From Nemertoderma westbladi (taxonomy: Eukaryota; Animalia; Xenacoelomorpha), in the NCBI GenBank assembly GCA_032718475.1, contig JAUCBJ010004132.1, forward strand, positions 1 to 41,991: a stretch of DNA of 41,991 nt, given 5' to 3'. The position numbers and the translations under genes are program-made. Shown here one piece after another: positions 10,213 to 23,700 of this stretch. Position 1 is the stretch's first letter. Each line of letters opens with the position of its first letter. The notes under the pieces were generated by a model. It searched no databases. It was given only the letters and a program-made list of their open reading frames with translations, and was not told where the DNA came from.

Positions 10213-10250
10213 TAACTGAGATTCCTAAGAGACCTAACTGTCCTTTGGGT

Positions 10251-11785
10251 GGAGTAGAGTAGATGGTGTTCCCCCTGAGGTCTTTAAAATACCTGAGTGT
10301 TTAAAGCTCATCTATCCCATCATAGTAGACATGTACCGAACAACAAGAGTTCCACAAGAAATGAAAACAAATAAGTTGGTGCCAGTTCCCAAGAAGGGCA
10401 ACCTAACACTCTATGGTTCTTTTCGGGGAATCTCATTGATCTCGATTGCTGCAAAGCTATACAATAGGATTCTATTAAATCGCATCAGGGATCCCATTGA
10501 GAGACTGATCCGTGGAAATCAGAATGGGTTCCGTAAAGGTCGTGGGACCATGGAGCCCATTTTGGCACTTAGAAGGATAATTGAAGAATTATCAAAAAAG
10601 AAAGACAGGCATCTGGCTGTTATCTTTGTTGACTTCTTCAAGGCCTTTGATTCAGTCTCTCGCTCACGTATGTTCAGCATACTTTCATTATATGGGATTC
10701 CTGATGAAATTATTGCAGCAATCAGATCAGTATACGATGGTTCGACAACATTTGTGTCTACTGTTGACGGTGACACAGAACCATTTGAAGTGTTATGGGG
10801 CGTCCTCCAAGGAGACACACTTGCACCATTCTTGTTCATTATTGTGGTTGACTATGTTCTACGCATGTCCTTAGATCATCATAATGATGATGGGGTGATG
10901 ATAACTCCACCTACTGGCTCCAGAAGTCGAGGAAATCCTGCCAAGTACCTAACTGATCTAGACTTTGCTGATGACTTAGGAGTACTCTCAGAATCATTAG
11001 AGGGAGCCCAACGGCTCCTCAGCTCATTAGAACATGCTGCTTCTAGTGTTGGTCTTTTTATTAACTCCAGAAAGACCAAAATTCTGACAGTTAACTTTGA
11101 AAGTCCTCAGCAAGGCTCTGATCGGATGAGCATAAGCTCAAAGGATGGTATGCTTGAGCATGTGGACGACTTCTGTTACCTGGGATCATGGATCCGGAAG
11201 TCAGGTGAGGACCTTCGAATACGTAAGGGAAAGGCATGGGCAGCCTTGAATAGGCTTTCCAGGATTTGGAAGTCACCGAGAATTAATCGGAAACTTAAGG
11301 TCCGATTATTTAGAGCAGCAGTAGTTCCAGTACTCCTCTACGGGAGTCCATGCTGGGCTCTAACTGCTGAGGACACCAAATCTCTGGATGGCACATTCAC
11401 AAGAATGCTACGCCGGGTTCATTGTGTCAAGTACAATGCACACATCTCCAACCAGACACTATATAACATTGGAGGTGTCTCATTGGTTCCCCCAAGCTTG
11501 ACACTAGAACAAAATCGCCTCCGCTTTGCAGAATATTGCTTTCGCCGTGAGGACCAGCCAGTGCATAATCTTGTACTTTGGCAGCCTCATGGAGTGAATA
11601 AGCATGGTGGACAGCCCATGACTTTCTTGAGACGCATCTTAAAGGACACTGGCCTTGAAGATGCGGATGATCTAGCAAATGTCATGGGTGATAGGGAGTT
11701 GTGGCGGTGCAATTTTGTTGACAAGCCGGCACAGCATTCTTAAAAATGCAGCTGCAATGCAGCATGCCGATCCTAGTAGTAGTAG
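10251..11785 (+). mobile_element. RTE-clade non-LTR retrotransposon, 5'-truncated, inserted in the satellite (copy B)
   Basis: Intact RT frame, short 3' UTR and (TAG)4 tail at 11774-11785, with satellite on both sides. It begins at the (G)VDGVPPEVFK motif at the RT N-terminus; the endonuclease domain is absent. Confidence 0.95.
10331..11743 (+). CDS. Non-LTR reverse transcriptase (ORF2 C-terminal part; frame already open upstream of the ATG, from at least 10262)
   Basis: Motifs PVPKKG, FRGISL, QNGFRKGR, FVDFFKAFDSV, GVLQGDTLAPFLF, DFADD, YLG, and an RTE-type C-terminus (RLRFA..CFR, DRELWR) without a CCHC finger. The ATG is internal to the truncated element. Confidence 0.93.
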   Translation: MYRTTRVPQEMKTNKLVPVPKKGNLTLYGSFRGISLISIAAKLYNRILLNRIRDPIERLIRGNQNGFRKGRGTMEPILALRRIIEELSKKKDRHLAVIFVDFFKAFDSVSRSRMFSILSLYGIPDEIIAAIRSVYDGSTTFVSTVDGDTEPFEVLWGVLQGDTLAPFLFIIVVDYVLRMSLDHHNDDGVMITPPTGSRSRGNPAKYLTDLDFADDLGVLSESLEGAQRLLSSLEHAASSVGLFINSRKTKILTVNFESPQQGSDRMSISSKDGMLEHVDDFCYLGSWIRKSGEDLRIRKGKAWAALNRLSRIWKSPRINRKLKVRLFRAAVVPVLLYGSPCWALTAEDTKSLDGTFTRMLRRVHCVKYNAHISNQTLYNIGGVSLVPPSLTLEQNRLRFAEYCFRREDQPVHNLVLWQPHGVNKHGGQPMTFLRRILKDTGLEDADDLANVMGDRELWRCNFVDKPAQHS

Positions 11786-14700
11786 TGTAGTGATTTCAGG
11801 TGAGTGAAACAATTGAGTGAAACAATCCCACACAGTGAAGGGCCAAGGTCGTCGTCACCTTGTAGAGATTCCAGGTTAGTGAAACAATCCCTCAAAGTGA
11901 AGGGCCAAGGTCGTCGTCATCTTGTAGAGATTCCAGGTGAGTGAAACAATCCCTCAAAGTGAAGGGCCAAGGTCGTCGTCATCTTGTAGTGATTTCAGGT
12001 GAGTGAAACAATTGAGTGAAACAATCCCACTCAGTGAAGGGCCAAGGTCGTCGTCATCTTGTAGTGATTCCAGGTTAGTGAAACAATCCCTCAAAGTGAA
12101 GGGCCAAGGTCGTCGTCATCTTGTAGAGATTCCAGGTGAGTGAAACAATCCCACACAGTGAAGGGCCAAGGTCGTCGTCATCTTGTAGTGATTCCAGGTG
12201 AGTGAAACAATCCCTCAAAGTGAAGGGCCAAGGTCGTCGTCATCTTGTAGTGATTCCAGGTGAGTAAAACAATCCCACACAGTGAAGGGCCAAGGTCGTC
12301 GTCATCTTGTAGTGATCCCAGGTTAGTGAAACAATCCCTCAAAGTGAAGGGCCAAGGTCGTCGTCATCTTGTAGAGATTCCAGTTGAGTGAAACAATTGA
12401 GTGAAACAATCCCACACAGTGAAGGGCCAAGGTCGTCGTCATCTTGTAGAGATTCCAGGTTAGTGAAACAATCCCACACAGTGAAGGGCCAAGGTCGTCG
12501 TCATCTTGTAGAGATTCCAGGTGAGTGAAACAATCCCACACAGTGAAGGGCCAAGGTCGTCGTCATCTTGTAGTGATTCCAGGTGAGTGAAACAATCCCT
12601 CAAAGTGAAGGGCCAAGGTCGTCGTCATCTTGTAGTGATTCCAGGTGAGTGAAACAATCCCACACAGTGAAGGGCCAAGGTCGTCGTCATCTTGTAGTGA
12701 TTCCAGGTTAGTGAAACAATCCCTCAAAGTGAAGGGCCAAGGTCGTCGTCATCTTGTAGAGATTCCAGGTGAGTGAAACAATTGAGTGAAACAATCCCAC
12801 ACAGTGAAGGGCCAAGGTCGTCGTCATCTTGTAGAGATTCCAGGTAAGTGAAACAATTGAGTGAAACAATCCCTCAAAGTGAAGGGCCAAGGTTGTCGTC
12901 ATCTTGTAGTGATTCCAGGTGAGTGAAACAATCCCTCAAAGTGAAGGGCCAAGGTCGTCGTCATCTTGTAGTGATTCCAGGTGAGTGAAACAATCCCACA
13001 CAGTGAAGGGCCAAGGTCGTCGTCATCTTGTAGTGATTCCAGGTTAGTGAAACAATCCCTCAAAGTGAAGGGCCAAGGTCGTCGTCATCTTGTAGAGATT
13101 CCAGGTGAGTGAAACAATTGAGTGAAACAATCCCACACAGTGAAGGGCCAAGGTCGTCGTCATCTTGTAGAGATTCCAGGTTAGTGAAACAATCCCTCAA
13201 AGTGAAGGGCCAAGGTCGTCGTCATCTTGTAGTGATTCCAGGTTAGTGAAACAATCCCTCAAAGTGAAGGGCCAAGGTCGTCGTCATCTTGTAGAGATTC
13301 CAGGTGAGTGAAACAATTGAGTGAAACAATCCCACACAGTGAAGGGCCAAGGTCGTCGTCATCTTGTAGAGATTCCAGGTGAGTGAAACAATTGAGTGAA
13401 ACAATCCCTCAAAGTGAAGGGCCAAGGTTGTCGTCATCTTGTAGTGATTCCAGGTGAGTGAAACAATCCCTCAAAGTGAAGGGCCAAGGTCGTCGTCATC
13501 TTGTAGTGATTCCAGGTGAGTGAAACAATCCCACACAGTGAAGGGCCAAGGTCGTCGTCATCTTGTAGTGATTCCAGGTTAGTGAAACAATCCCTCAAAG
13601 TGAAGGGCCAAGGTCGTCGTCATCTTGTAGAGATTCCAGGTGAGTGAAACAATTGAGTGAAACAATCCCACACAGTGAAGGGCCAAGGTCGTCGTCATCT
13701 TGTAGAGATTCCAGGTTAGTGAAACAATCCCTCAAAGTGAAGGGCCAAGGTCGTCGTCATCTTGTAGTGATTCCAGGTTAGTGAAACAATCCCTCAAAGT
13801 GAAGGGCCAAGGTCGTCGTCATCTTGTAGTGATTCCAGGTGAGTGAAACAATTGAGTGAAACAATCCCACACAGTGAAGGGCCAAGGTCGTCGTCATCTT
13901 GTAGAGATTCCACGTGAGTGAAACAATTGAGTGAAACAATCCCACACAGTGAAGGGCCAAGGTCGTCGTCATCTTGTAGAGATTCCAGGTTAGTGAAACA
14001 ATCCCTCAAAGTGAAGGGCCAAGGTCGTCTTCATCTTGTAGTGATTCCAGGTTAGTGAAACAATCCCTCAAAGTGAAGGGCCAAGGTCGTCGTCATCTTG
14101 TAGTGATTCCAGGTGAGTGAAACAATTGAGTGAAACAATCCCTCAATGTGAAGGGCCTAGGTCGTCGTCACCTTGTAGAGATTCCAGGTTAGTGAAACAA
14201 TCCCACACAGTGAAGGGCCAAGGTCGTCGTCATCTTGTAGAGATTCCAGGTTAGTGAAACAATCCCACACAGTGAAGGGCCAAGGTCGTCGTCATCTTGT
14301 AGTGATTCCAGGTTAGTGAAACAATCCCACACAGTGAAGGGCCAAGGTTGTCGTTATCTTGTAGAGATTCCAGGTGAGTGAAACAATTGAGTGAAACAAT
14401 CCCACACAGTGAAGGACCAAGGTCGTCGTCATCTTGTAGAGATTCCAGGTTATTGAAACAATCCCTCAAAGTGAAGGGCCAAGGTCGTCGTCATCTTGTA
14501 GTGATTCCAGGTTATTGAAACAATCCCTCAAAGTGAAGGGCCAAGGTCGTCGTCATCTTGTAGTGATTCCAGGTGAGTGAAACAATTGAGTGAAACAATC
14601 CCACACAGTGAAGGGCCAAGGTCGTCGTCATCTTGTAGAGATTCCAGGTTAGTGAAGCAATCCCTCAAAGTGAAGGGCCAAGGTCGTCGTCATCTTGTAG

Positions 14701-17700
14701 TGATTCCAGGTGAGTGAAACAATTGAGTGAAACAAACCCACACAGTGAAGGGCCAAGGTCGTCGTCATCTTGTAGAGATTCCAGGTTAGTGAAACAATCC
14801 CTCAAAGTGAAGGGCCAAGGTCGTCGTCATCTTGTAGTGATTCCAGGTGAGTGAAACAATTGAGTGAAACAATCCCACACAGTGAAGGGCCAAGGTCGTC
14901 GTCATCTTGTAGAGATTCCAGGTTAGTGAAACAATCCCTCAAAGTGAAGGGCCAAGGTCGTCGTCATCTTGTAGTGATTCCAGGTGAGTGAAACAATTGA
15001 GTGAAACAATCCCACACAGTGAAGGGCCAAGGTCGTCGTCATCTTGTAGAGATTCCAGGTGAGTGAAACAATCCCTCAAAGTGAAGGGCCAAGGTCGTCG
15101 TCATCTTGTAGTGATTCCAGGTGAGTGAAACAATTGAGTGAAACAATCCCACACAGTGAAGGGCCAAGGTCGTCGTCATCTTGTAGAGATTCCAGGTTGA
15201 TGTGAAACAATCCCTCAAAGTGAAGGGCCAAGGTCGTCGTCATCTTGTAGTGATTCCAGGTTAGTGAAACAATCCCTCAAAGTGAAGGGCCAAGGTCGTC
15301 GTCATCTTGTAGTGATTCCAGGTGAGTGAAACAATTGAGTGAAACAACCCACACAGTGAAGGGCCAAGGTCGTCGTCATCTTGTAGAGATTCCAGGTTAG
15401 TGAAACAATCCCTCAAAGTGAAGGGCCAAGGTCGTCGTCATCTTGTAGTGATTCCAGGTGAGTGAAACAATTGAGTGAAACAATCCCACACAGTGAAGGG
15501 CCAAGGTCGTCGTCATCTTGTAGAGATTCCAGGTTAGTGAAACAATCCCTCAAAGTGAAGGGCCAAGGTCGTCGTCATCTTGTAGTGATTCCAGGTGAGT
15601 GAAACAATTGAGTGAAACAATCCCACACAGTGAAGGGCCAAGGTCGTCGTCATCTTGTAGAGATTCCAGGTGAGTGAAACAATCCCTCAAAGTGAAGGGC
15701 CAAGGTCGTCGTCATCTTGTAGTGATTCCAGGTGAGTGAAACAATTGAGTGAAACAATCCCACACAGTGAAGGACCAAGGTCGTCGTCATCTTGTAGAGA
15801 TTCCAGGTTATTGAAACAATCCCTCAAAGTGAAGGGCCAAGGTCGTCGTCATCTTGTAGTGATTCCAGGTTAGTGAAACAATCCCTCAAAGTGAAGGGCC
15901 AAGGTCGTCGTCATCTTGTAGTGATTCCAGGTGAGTGAAACAATTGAGTGAAACAATCCCACACAGTGAAGGGCCAAGGTCGTCGTCATCTTGTAGAGAT
16001 TCCAGGTTAGTGAAACAATCCCTCAAAGTGAAGGGCCAAGGTCGTCGTCATCTTGTAGTGATTCCAGGTGAGTGAAACAATTGAGTGAAACAATCCCACA
16101 CAGTGAAGGGCCAAGGTCGTCGTCATCTTGTAGAGATTCCAGGTTAGTGAAACAATCCCTCAAAGTGAAGGGCCAAGGTCGTCGTCATCTTGTAGTGATT
16201 CCAGGTGAGTGAAACAATTGAGTGAAACAATCCCACACAGTGAAGGGCCAAGGTCGTCGTCATCTTGTAGAGATTCCAGGTTAGTGAAACAATCCCTCAA
16301 AGTGAAGGGCCAAGGTCGTCGTCATCTTGTAGTGATTCCAGGTGAGTGAAACAATTGAGTGAAACAATCCCACACAGTGAAGGGCCAAGGTCGTCGTCAT
16401 CTTGTAGAGATTCCAGGTTAGTGAAACAATCCCTCAAAGTGAAGGGCCAAGGTCGTCGTCATCTTGTAGTGATTCCAGGTGAGTGAAACAATTGAGTGAA
16501 ACAATCCCACACAGTGAAGGGCCAAGGTCGTCGTCATCTTGTAGAGATTCCAGGTGAGTGAAACAATCCCTCAAAGTGAAGGGCCAAGGTCGTCGTCATC
16601 TTGTAGTGATTCCAGGTGAGTGAAACAATTGAGTGAAACAATCCCACACAGTGAAGGGCCAAGGTCGTCGTCATCTTGTAGAGATTCCAGGTAAGTGAAA
16701 CAATCCCTCAAAGTGAAGGGCCAAGGTCGTCGTCATCTTGTAGAGATTTCAGGTGAGTGAAACAATCCCACACAGTGAAGGGCCAAGGTCGTCGTCATCT
16801 TGTAGAGATTCCAGGTGAGTGAAACAATCCCACACAGTGAAGGGCCAATGTCGTCGTCATCTTGTAGTGATTCCAGGTGAGTGAAACAATCCCTCAAAGT
16901 GAAGGGCCAAGGTCGTCGTCATCTTGTAGTGATTCCAGGTGAGTAAAACAATCCCACACAGTGAAGGGCCAAGGTCGTCGTCATCTTGTAGTGATTCCAG
17001 GTTAGTGAAACAATCCCTCAAAGTGAAGGGCCAAGGTCGTCGTCATCTTGTAGTGATTCCAGGTGAGTAAAACAATCCCACACAGTGAAGGGCCAAGGTC
17101 GTCGTCATCTTGTAGTGATCCCAGGTTAGTGAAACAATCCCTCAAAGTGAAGGGCCAAGGTCGTCGTCATCTTGTAGAGATTCCAGTTGAGTGAAACAAT
17201 TGAGTGAAACAATCCCACACAGTGAAGGGCCAAGGTCGTCGTCATTTTGTAGAGATTCCAGGTGAGTGAAACAATTGAGTGAAACAATCCCACACAGTGA
17301 AGGGCCAAGGTCGTCGTCATCTTGTAGAGATTCCATGTGAGTGAAACAATCCCACACAGTGAAGGGCCAAGGTCGTCGTCATCTTGTAGAGATTCCAGGT
17401 TCGTGAAACAATCCCACACAGTGAAGGGCCAAGGTCGGCGTCATCTTGTAGTGATTCCAGGTTAGTGAAACAATCCCTCAAAGTGAAGGGCCAAGGTCGT
17501 CGTCATCTTGTAGTGATTCCAGGTTAGTGAAACAATCCCACACAGTGAAGGGCCAAGGTCGTCGTCATCTTGTAGAGATTCCAGGTTCGTGAAACAATCC
17601 CACACAGTGAAGGGCCAAGGTCGGCGTCATCTTGTAGTGATTCCAGGTTAGTGAAACAATCCCTCAAAGTGAAGGGCCAAGGTCGTCGTCATCTTGTAGA

Positions 17701-20700
17701 GATTCCAGTTGAGTGAAACAATTGAGTGAAACAATCCCACACAGTGAAGGGCCAAGGTCGTCGTCATCTTGTAGAGATTCCAGGTGAGTGAAACAATCCC
17801 ACACAGTGAAGGGCCAAGGTCGGCGTCATCTTGTAGTGATTCCAGGTTTCTGAAACAATCCCTCAAAGTGAAGGGCCAAGGTCGTCGTCATCTTGTAGAG
17901 ATTCCAGTTGAGTGAAACAATTGAGTGAAACAATCCCACACAGTGAAGGGCCAAGGTCGTCGTCATCTTGTAGAGATTCCAGGTGAGTGAAACAATCCCA
18001 CACAGTGAAGGGCCAAGGTCGGCGTCATCTTGTAGTGATTCCAGGTGAGTGAAACAATCCCACACAGTGAAGGGCCAAGGTCGGCGTCATCTTGTAGTGA
18101 TTCCAGGTTAGTGAAACAATCCCTCAAAGTGAAGGGCCAAGGTCGTCGTCATCTTGTAGAGATTCCAGTTGAGTGAAACAATTGAGTGAAACAATCCCAC
18201 ACAGTGAAGGGCCAAAGTCGTCGTCATCTTGTAGAGATTCCAGGTGAGTGAAACAATCCCACACAGTGAAGGGCCAAGGTCGTCGTCATCTTGTAGAGAT
18301 TCCAGTTGAGTGAAACAATTGAGTGAAACAATCCCACACAGTGAAGGGCCAAGGTCGTCGTCATCTTGTAGTGATTCCAGGTGAGTGAAACAATTGAGTG
18401 AAACAATCCCACACAGTGAAGGGCCAAGGTCGTCGTCATCTTGTAGAGATTCCAGGTGAGTGAAACAATCCCACACAGTGAAGGGCCAAGGTCGTCGTCA
18501 TCTTGTAGTGATTCCAGGTTAGTGAAACAATCCCTCAAAGTGAAGGGCCAAGGTCGTCGTCATCTTGTAGAGATTCCAGTTGAGTGAAACAATTGAGTGA
18601 AACAATCCCACACAGTGAAGGGCCAAGGTCGTCGTCATCTTGTAGAGATTCCAGGTTAGTGAAACAATCCCTCAAAGTGAAGGGCCAAGGTCGTCGTCAT
18701 CTTGTAGTGATTCCAGGTGAGTGAAACAATCCCACACAGTGAAGGGCCAAGGTCGTCGTCATCTTGTAGTGATTCCAGGTTAGTGAAACAATCCCTCAAA
18801 GTGAAGGGCCAAGGTCGTCGTCATCTTGTAGAGATTCCAGTTGAGTGAAACAATTGAGTGAAACAATCCCACACAGTGAAGGGCCAAGGTCGTCGTCATC
18901 TTGTAGAGATTCCAGGTTAGTGAAACAATCCCTCAAAGTGAAGGGCCAAGGTCGTCGTCATCTTGTAGTGATTCCAGGTGAGTGAAACAATCCCACACAG
19001 TGAAGGGCCAAGGTCGTCGTCATCTTGTAGTGATTCCAGGTTAGTGAAACAATCCCTCAAAGTGAAGGGCCAAGGTCGTCGTCATCTTGTAGAGATTCCA
19101 GGTGAGTGAAACAATCCCACACAGTGAAGGGCCAAGGTCGTCGTCATCTTGTAGAGATTCCAGGTTAGTGAAACAATCCCTCAAAGTGAAGGGCCAAGGT
19201 CGTCGTCATCTTGTAGTGATTCCAGGTGAGTGAAACAATCCCACACAGTGAAGGGCCAAGGTCGTCGTCATCTTGTAGTGATTCCAGGTTAGTGAAACAA
19301 TCCCTCAAAGTGAAGGGCCAAGGTCGTCGTCATCTTGTAGAGATTCCAGGTGAGTGAAACAATCCCACACAGTGAAGGGCCAAGGTCGTCGTCATCTTGT
19401 AGAGATTCCAGGTTAGTGAAACAATCCCTCAAAGTGAAGGGCCAAGGTCGTCGTCATCTTGTAGTGATTCCAGGTGAGTGAAACAATCCCACACAGTGAA
19501 GGGCCAAGGTCGTCGTCATCTTGTAGTGATTCCAGGTTAGTGAAACAATCCCTCAAAGTGAAGGGCCAAGGTCGTCGTCATCTTGTAGAGATTCCAGGTG
19601 AGTGAAACAATCCCACACAGTGAAGGGCCAAGGTCGTCGTCATCTTGTAGAGATTCCAGGTTAGTGAAACAATCCCTCAAAGTGAAGGGCCAAGGTCGTC
19701 GTCATCTTGTAGAGATTCCAGGTTAGTGAAACAATCCCTCAAAGTGAAGGGCCAAGGTCGTCGTCATCTTGTAGTGATTCCAGGTGAGTGAAACAATCCC
19801 ACACAGTGAAGGGCCAAGGTCGTCGTCATCTTGTAGTGATTCCAGGTTAGTGAAACAATCCCTCAAAGTGAAGGGCCAAGGTCGTCGTCATCTTGTAGAG
19901 ATTCCAGGTGAGTGAAACAATCCCACACAGTGAAGGGCCAAGGTCGTCGTCATCTTGTAGAGATTCCAGGTGAGTGAAACAATCCCACACAGTGAAGGGC
20001 CAAGGTCGTCGTCATCTTGTAGTGATTCCAGGTGAGTGAAACAATCCCTCAAAGTGAAGGGCCAAGGTCGTCGTCATCTTGTAGTGATTCCAGGTGAGTA
20101 AAACAATCCCACACAGTGAAGGGCCAAGGTCGTCGTCATCTTGTAGTGATCCCAGGTTAGTGAAACAATCCCTCAAAGTGAAGGGCCAAGGTCGTCGTCA
20201 TCTTGTAGAGATTCCAGTTGAGTGAAACAATTGAGTGAAACAATCCCACACAGTGAAGGGCCAAGGTCGTCGTCATCTTGTAGAGATTCCAGGTTAGTGA
20301 AACAATCCCTCAAAGTGAAGGGCCAAGGTCGTCGTCATCTTGTAGAGATTCCAGTTGAGTGAAACAATTGAGTGAAACAATCCCACACAGTGAAGGGCCA
20401 AGGTCGTCGTCATCTTGTAGAGATTCCAGGTTAGTGAAACAATCCCTCAAAGTGAAGGGCCAAGGTCGTCGTCATCTTGTAGTGATTCCAGGTGAGTGAA
20501 ACAATCCCACACAGTGAAGGGCCAAGGTCGTCGTCATCTTGTAGTGATTCCAGGTTAGTGAAACAATCCCTCAAAGTGAAGGGCCAAGGTCGTCGTCATC
20601 TTGTAGAGATTCCAGGTGAGTGAAACAATTGAGTGAAACAATCCCACACAGTGAAGGGCCAAGGTCGTCGTCATCTTGTAGAGATTCCAGGTGAGTGAAA

Positions 20701-23700
20701 CAATTGAGTGAAACAATCCCTCAAAGTGAAGGGCCAAGGTTGTCGTCATCTTGTAGTGATTCCAGGTGAGTGAAACAATCCCTCAAAGTGAAGGGCCAAG
20801 GTCGTCGTCATCTTGTAGTGATTCCAGGTGAGTGAAACAATCCCACACAGTGAAGGGCCAAGGTCGTCGTCATCTTGTAGTGATTCCAGGTTAGTGAAAC
20901 AATCCCTCAAAGTGAAGGGCCAAGGTCGTCGTCATCTTGTAGAGATTCCAGGTGAGTGAAACAATTGAGTGAAACAATCCCACACAGTGAAGGCCAAGGT
21001 CGTCGTCATCTTGTAGAGATTCCAGGTTAGTGAAACAATCCCTCAAAGTGAAGGGCCAAGGTCGTCGTCATCTTGTAGTGATTCCAGGTTAGTGAAACAA
21101 TCCCTCAAAGTGAAGGGCCAAGGTCGTCGTCATCTTGTAGTGATTCCAGGTGAGTGAAACAATTGAGTGAAACAATCCCACACAGTGAAGGGCCAAGGTC
21201 GTCGTCATCTTGTAGAGATTCCACGTGAGTGAAACAATTGAGTGAAACAATCCCACACAGTGAAGGGCCAAGGTCGTCGTCATCTTGTAGAGATTCCAGG
21301 TTAGTGAAACAATCCCTCAAAGTGAAGGGCCAAGGTCGTCTTCATCTTGTAGTGATTCCAGGTTAGTGAAACAATCCCTCAAAGTGAAGGGCCAAGGTCG
21401 TCGTCATCTTGTAGTGATTCCAGGTGAGTGAAACAATTGAGTGAAACAATCCCTCAATGTGAAGGGCCAAGGTCGTCGTCACCTTGTAGAGATTCCAGGT
21501 TAGTGAAACAATCCCACACAGTGAAGGGCCAAGGTCGTCGTCATCTTGTAGAGATTCCAGGTTAGTGAAACAATCCCACACAGTGAAGGGCCAAGGTCGT
21601 CGTCATCTTGTAGTGATTCCAGGTTAGTGAAACAATCCCACACAGTGAAGGGCCAAGGTTGTCGTTATCTTGTAGAGATTCCAGGTGAGTGAAACAATTG
21701 AGTGAAACAATCCCACACAGTGAAGGACCAAGGTCGTCGTCATCTTGTAGAGATTCCAGGTTATTGAAACAATCCCTCAAAGTGAAGGGCCAAGGTCGTC
21801 GTCATCTTGTAGTGATTCCAGGTTATTGAAACAATCCCTCAAAGTGAAGGGCCAAGGTCGTCGTCATCTTGTAGTGATTCCAGGTGAGTGAAACAATTGA
21901 GTGAAACAATCCCACACAGTGAAGGGCCAAGGTCTTCGTCATCTTGTAGAGATTCCAGGTTAGTGAAGCAATCCCTCAAAGTGAAGGGCCAAGGTCGTCG
22001 TCATCTTGTAGTGATTCCAGGTGAGTGAAACAATTGAGTGAAACAATCCCACACAGTGAAGGGCCAAGGTCGTCGTCATCTTGTAGAGATTCCAGGTTAG
22101 TGAAACAATCCCTCAAAGTGAAGGGCCAAGGTCGTCGTCATCTTGTAGTGATTCCAGGTGAGTGAAACAATTGAGTGAAACAATCCCACACAGTGAAGGG
22201 CCAAGGTCGTCGTCATCTTGTAGAGATTCCAGGTTAGTGAAACAATCCCTCAAAGTGAAGGGCCAAGGTCGTCGTCATCTTGTAGTGATTCCAGGTGAGT
22301 GAAACAATTGAGTGAAACAATCCCACACAGTGAAGGGCCAAGGTCGTCGTCATCTTGTAGAGATTCCAGGTTAGTGAAACAATTGAGTGAAACAAACCCA
22401 CACAGTGAAGGGCCAAGGTCGTCGTCATCTTGTAGAGATTCCAGGTTAGTGAAACAATCCCTCAAAGTGAAGGGCCAAGGTCGTCGTCATCTTGTAGTGA
22501 TTCCAGGTGAGTGAAACAATTGAGTGAAACAATCCCACACAGTGAAGGGCCAAGGTCGTCGTCATCTTGTAGAGATTCCAGGTTAGTGAAACAATCCCTC
22601 AAAGTGAAGGGCCAAGGTCGTCGTCATCTTGTAGAGATTCCAGGTGAGTGAAACAATCCCACACAGTGAAGGGCCAAGGTCGTCGTCATCTTGTAGAGAT
22701 TCCAGGTTAGTGAAACAATCCCTCAAAGTGAAGGGCCAAGGTCGTCGTCATCTTGTAGTGATTCCAGGTGAGTGAAACAATCCCACACAGTGAAGGGCCA
22801 AGGTCGTCGTCATCTTGTAGTGATTCCAGGTTAGTGAAACAATCCCTCAAAGTGAAGGGCCAAGGTCGTCGTCATCTTGTAGAGATTCCAGGTGAGTGAA
22901 ACAATCCCACACAGTGAAGGGCCAAGGTCGTCGTCATCTTGTAGAGATTCCAGGTGAGTGAAACAATCCCACACAGTGAAGGGCCAAGGTCGTCGTCATC
23001 TTGTAGTGATTCCAGGTGAGTGAAACAATCCCTCAAAGTGAAGGGCCAAGGTCGTCGTCATCTTGTAGTGATTCCAGGTGAGTAAAACAATCCCACACAG
23101 TGAAGGGCCAAGGTCGTCGTCATCTTGTAGTGATCCCAGGTTAGTGAAACAATCCCTCAAAGTGAAGGGCCAAGGTCGTCGTCATCTTGTAGAGATTCCA
23201 GTTGAGTGAAACAATTGAGTGAAACAATCCCACACAGTGAAGGGCCAAGGTCGTCGTCATCTTGTAGAGATTCCAGGTTAGTGAAACAATCCCTCAAAGT
23301 GAAGGGCCAAGGTCGTCGTCATCTTGTAGAGATTCCAGTTGAGTGAAACAATTGAGTGAAACAATCCCACACAGTGAAGGGCCAAGGTCGTCGTCATCTT
23401 GTAGAGATTCCAGGTTAGTGAAACAATCCCTCAAAGTGAAGGGCCAAGGTCGTCGTCATCTTGTAGTGATTCCAGGTGAGTGAAACAATCCCACACAGTG
23501 AAGGGCCAAGGTCGTCGTCATCTTGTAGTGATTCCAGGTTAGTGAAACAATCCCTCAAAGTGAAGGGCCAAGGTCGTCGTCATCTTGTAGAGATTCCAGG
23601 TGAGTGAAACAATTGAGTGAAACAATCCCACACAGTGAAGGGCCAAGGTCGTCGTCATCTTGTAGAGATTCCAGGTGAGTGAAACAATTGAGTGAAACAA

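Noticed and set aside
10331-11743. RT as a retron, group II intron, DGR or telomerase-like enzyme that generates the flanking array
   Set aside because: Motifs, C-terminus and (TAG)n tail are those of an RTE-clade LINE. It is 5'-truncated, interrupts a monomer, and a second copy lies outside the array, so it is a passenger insertion.
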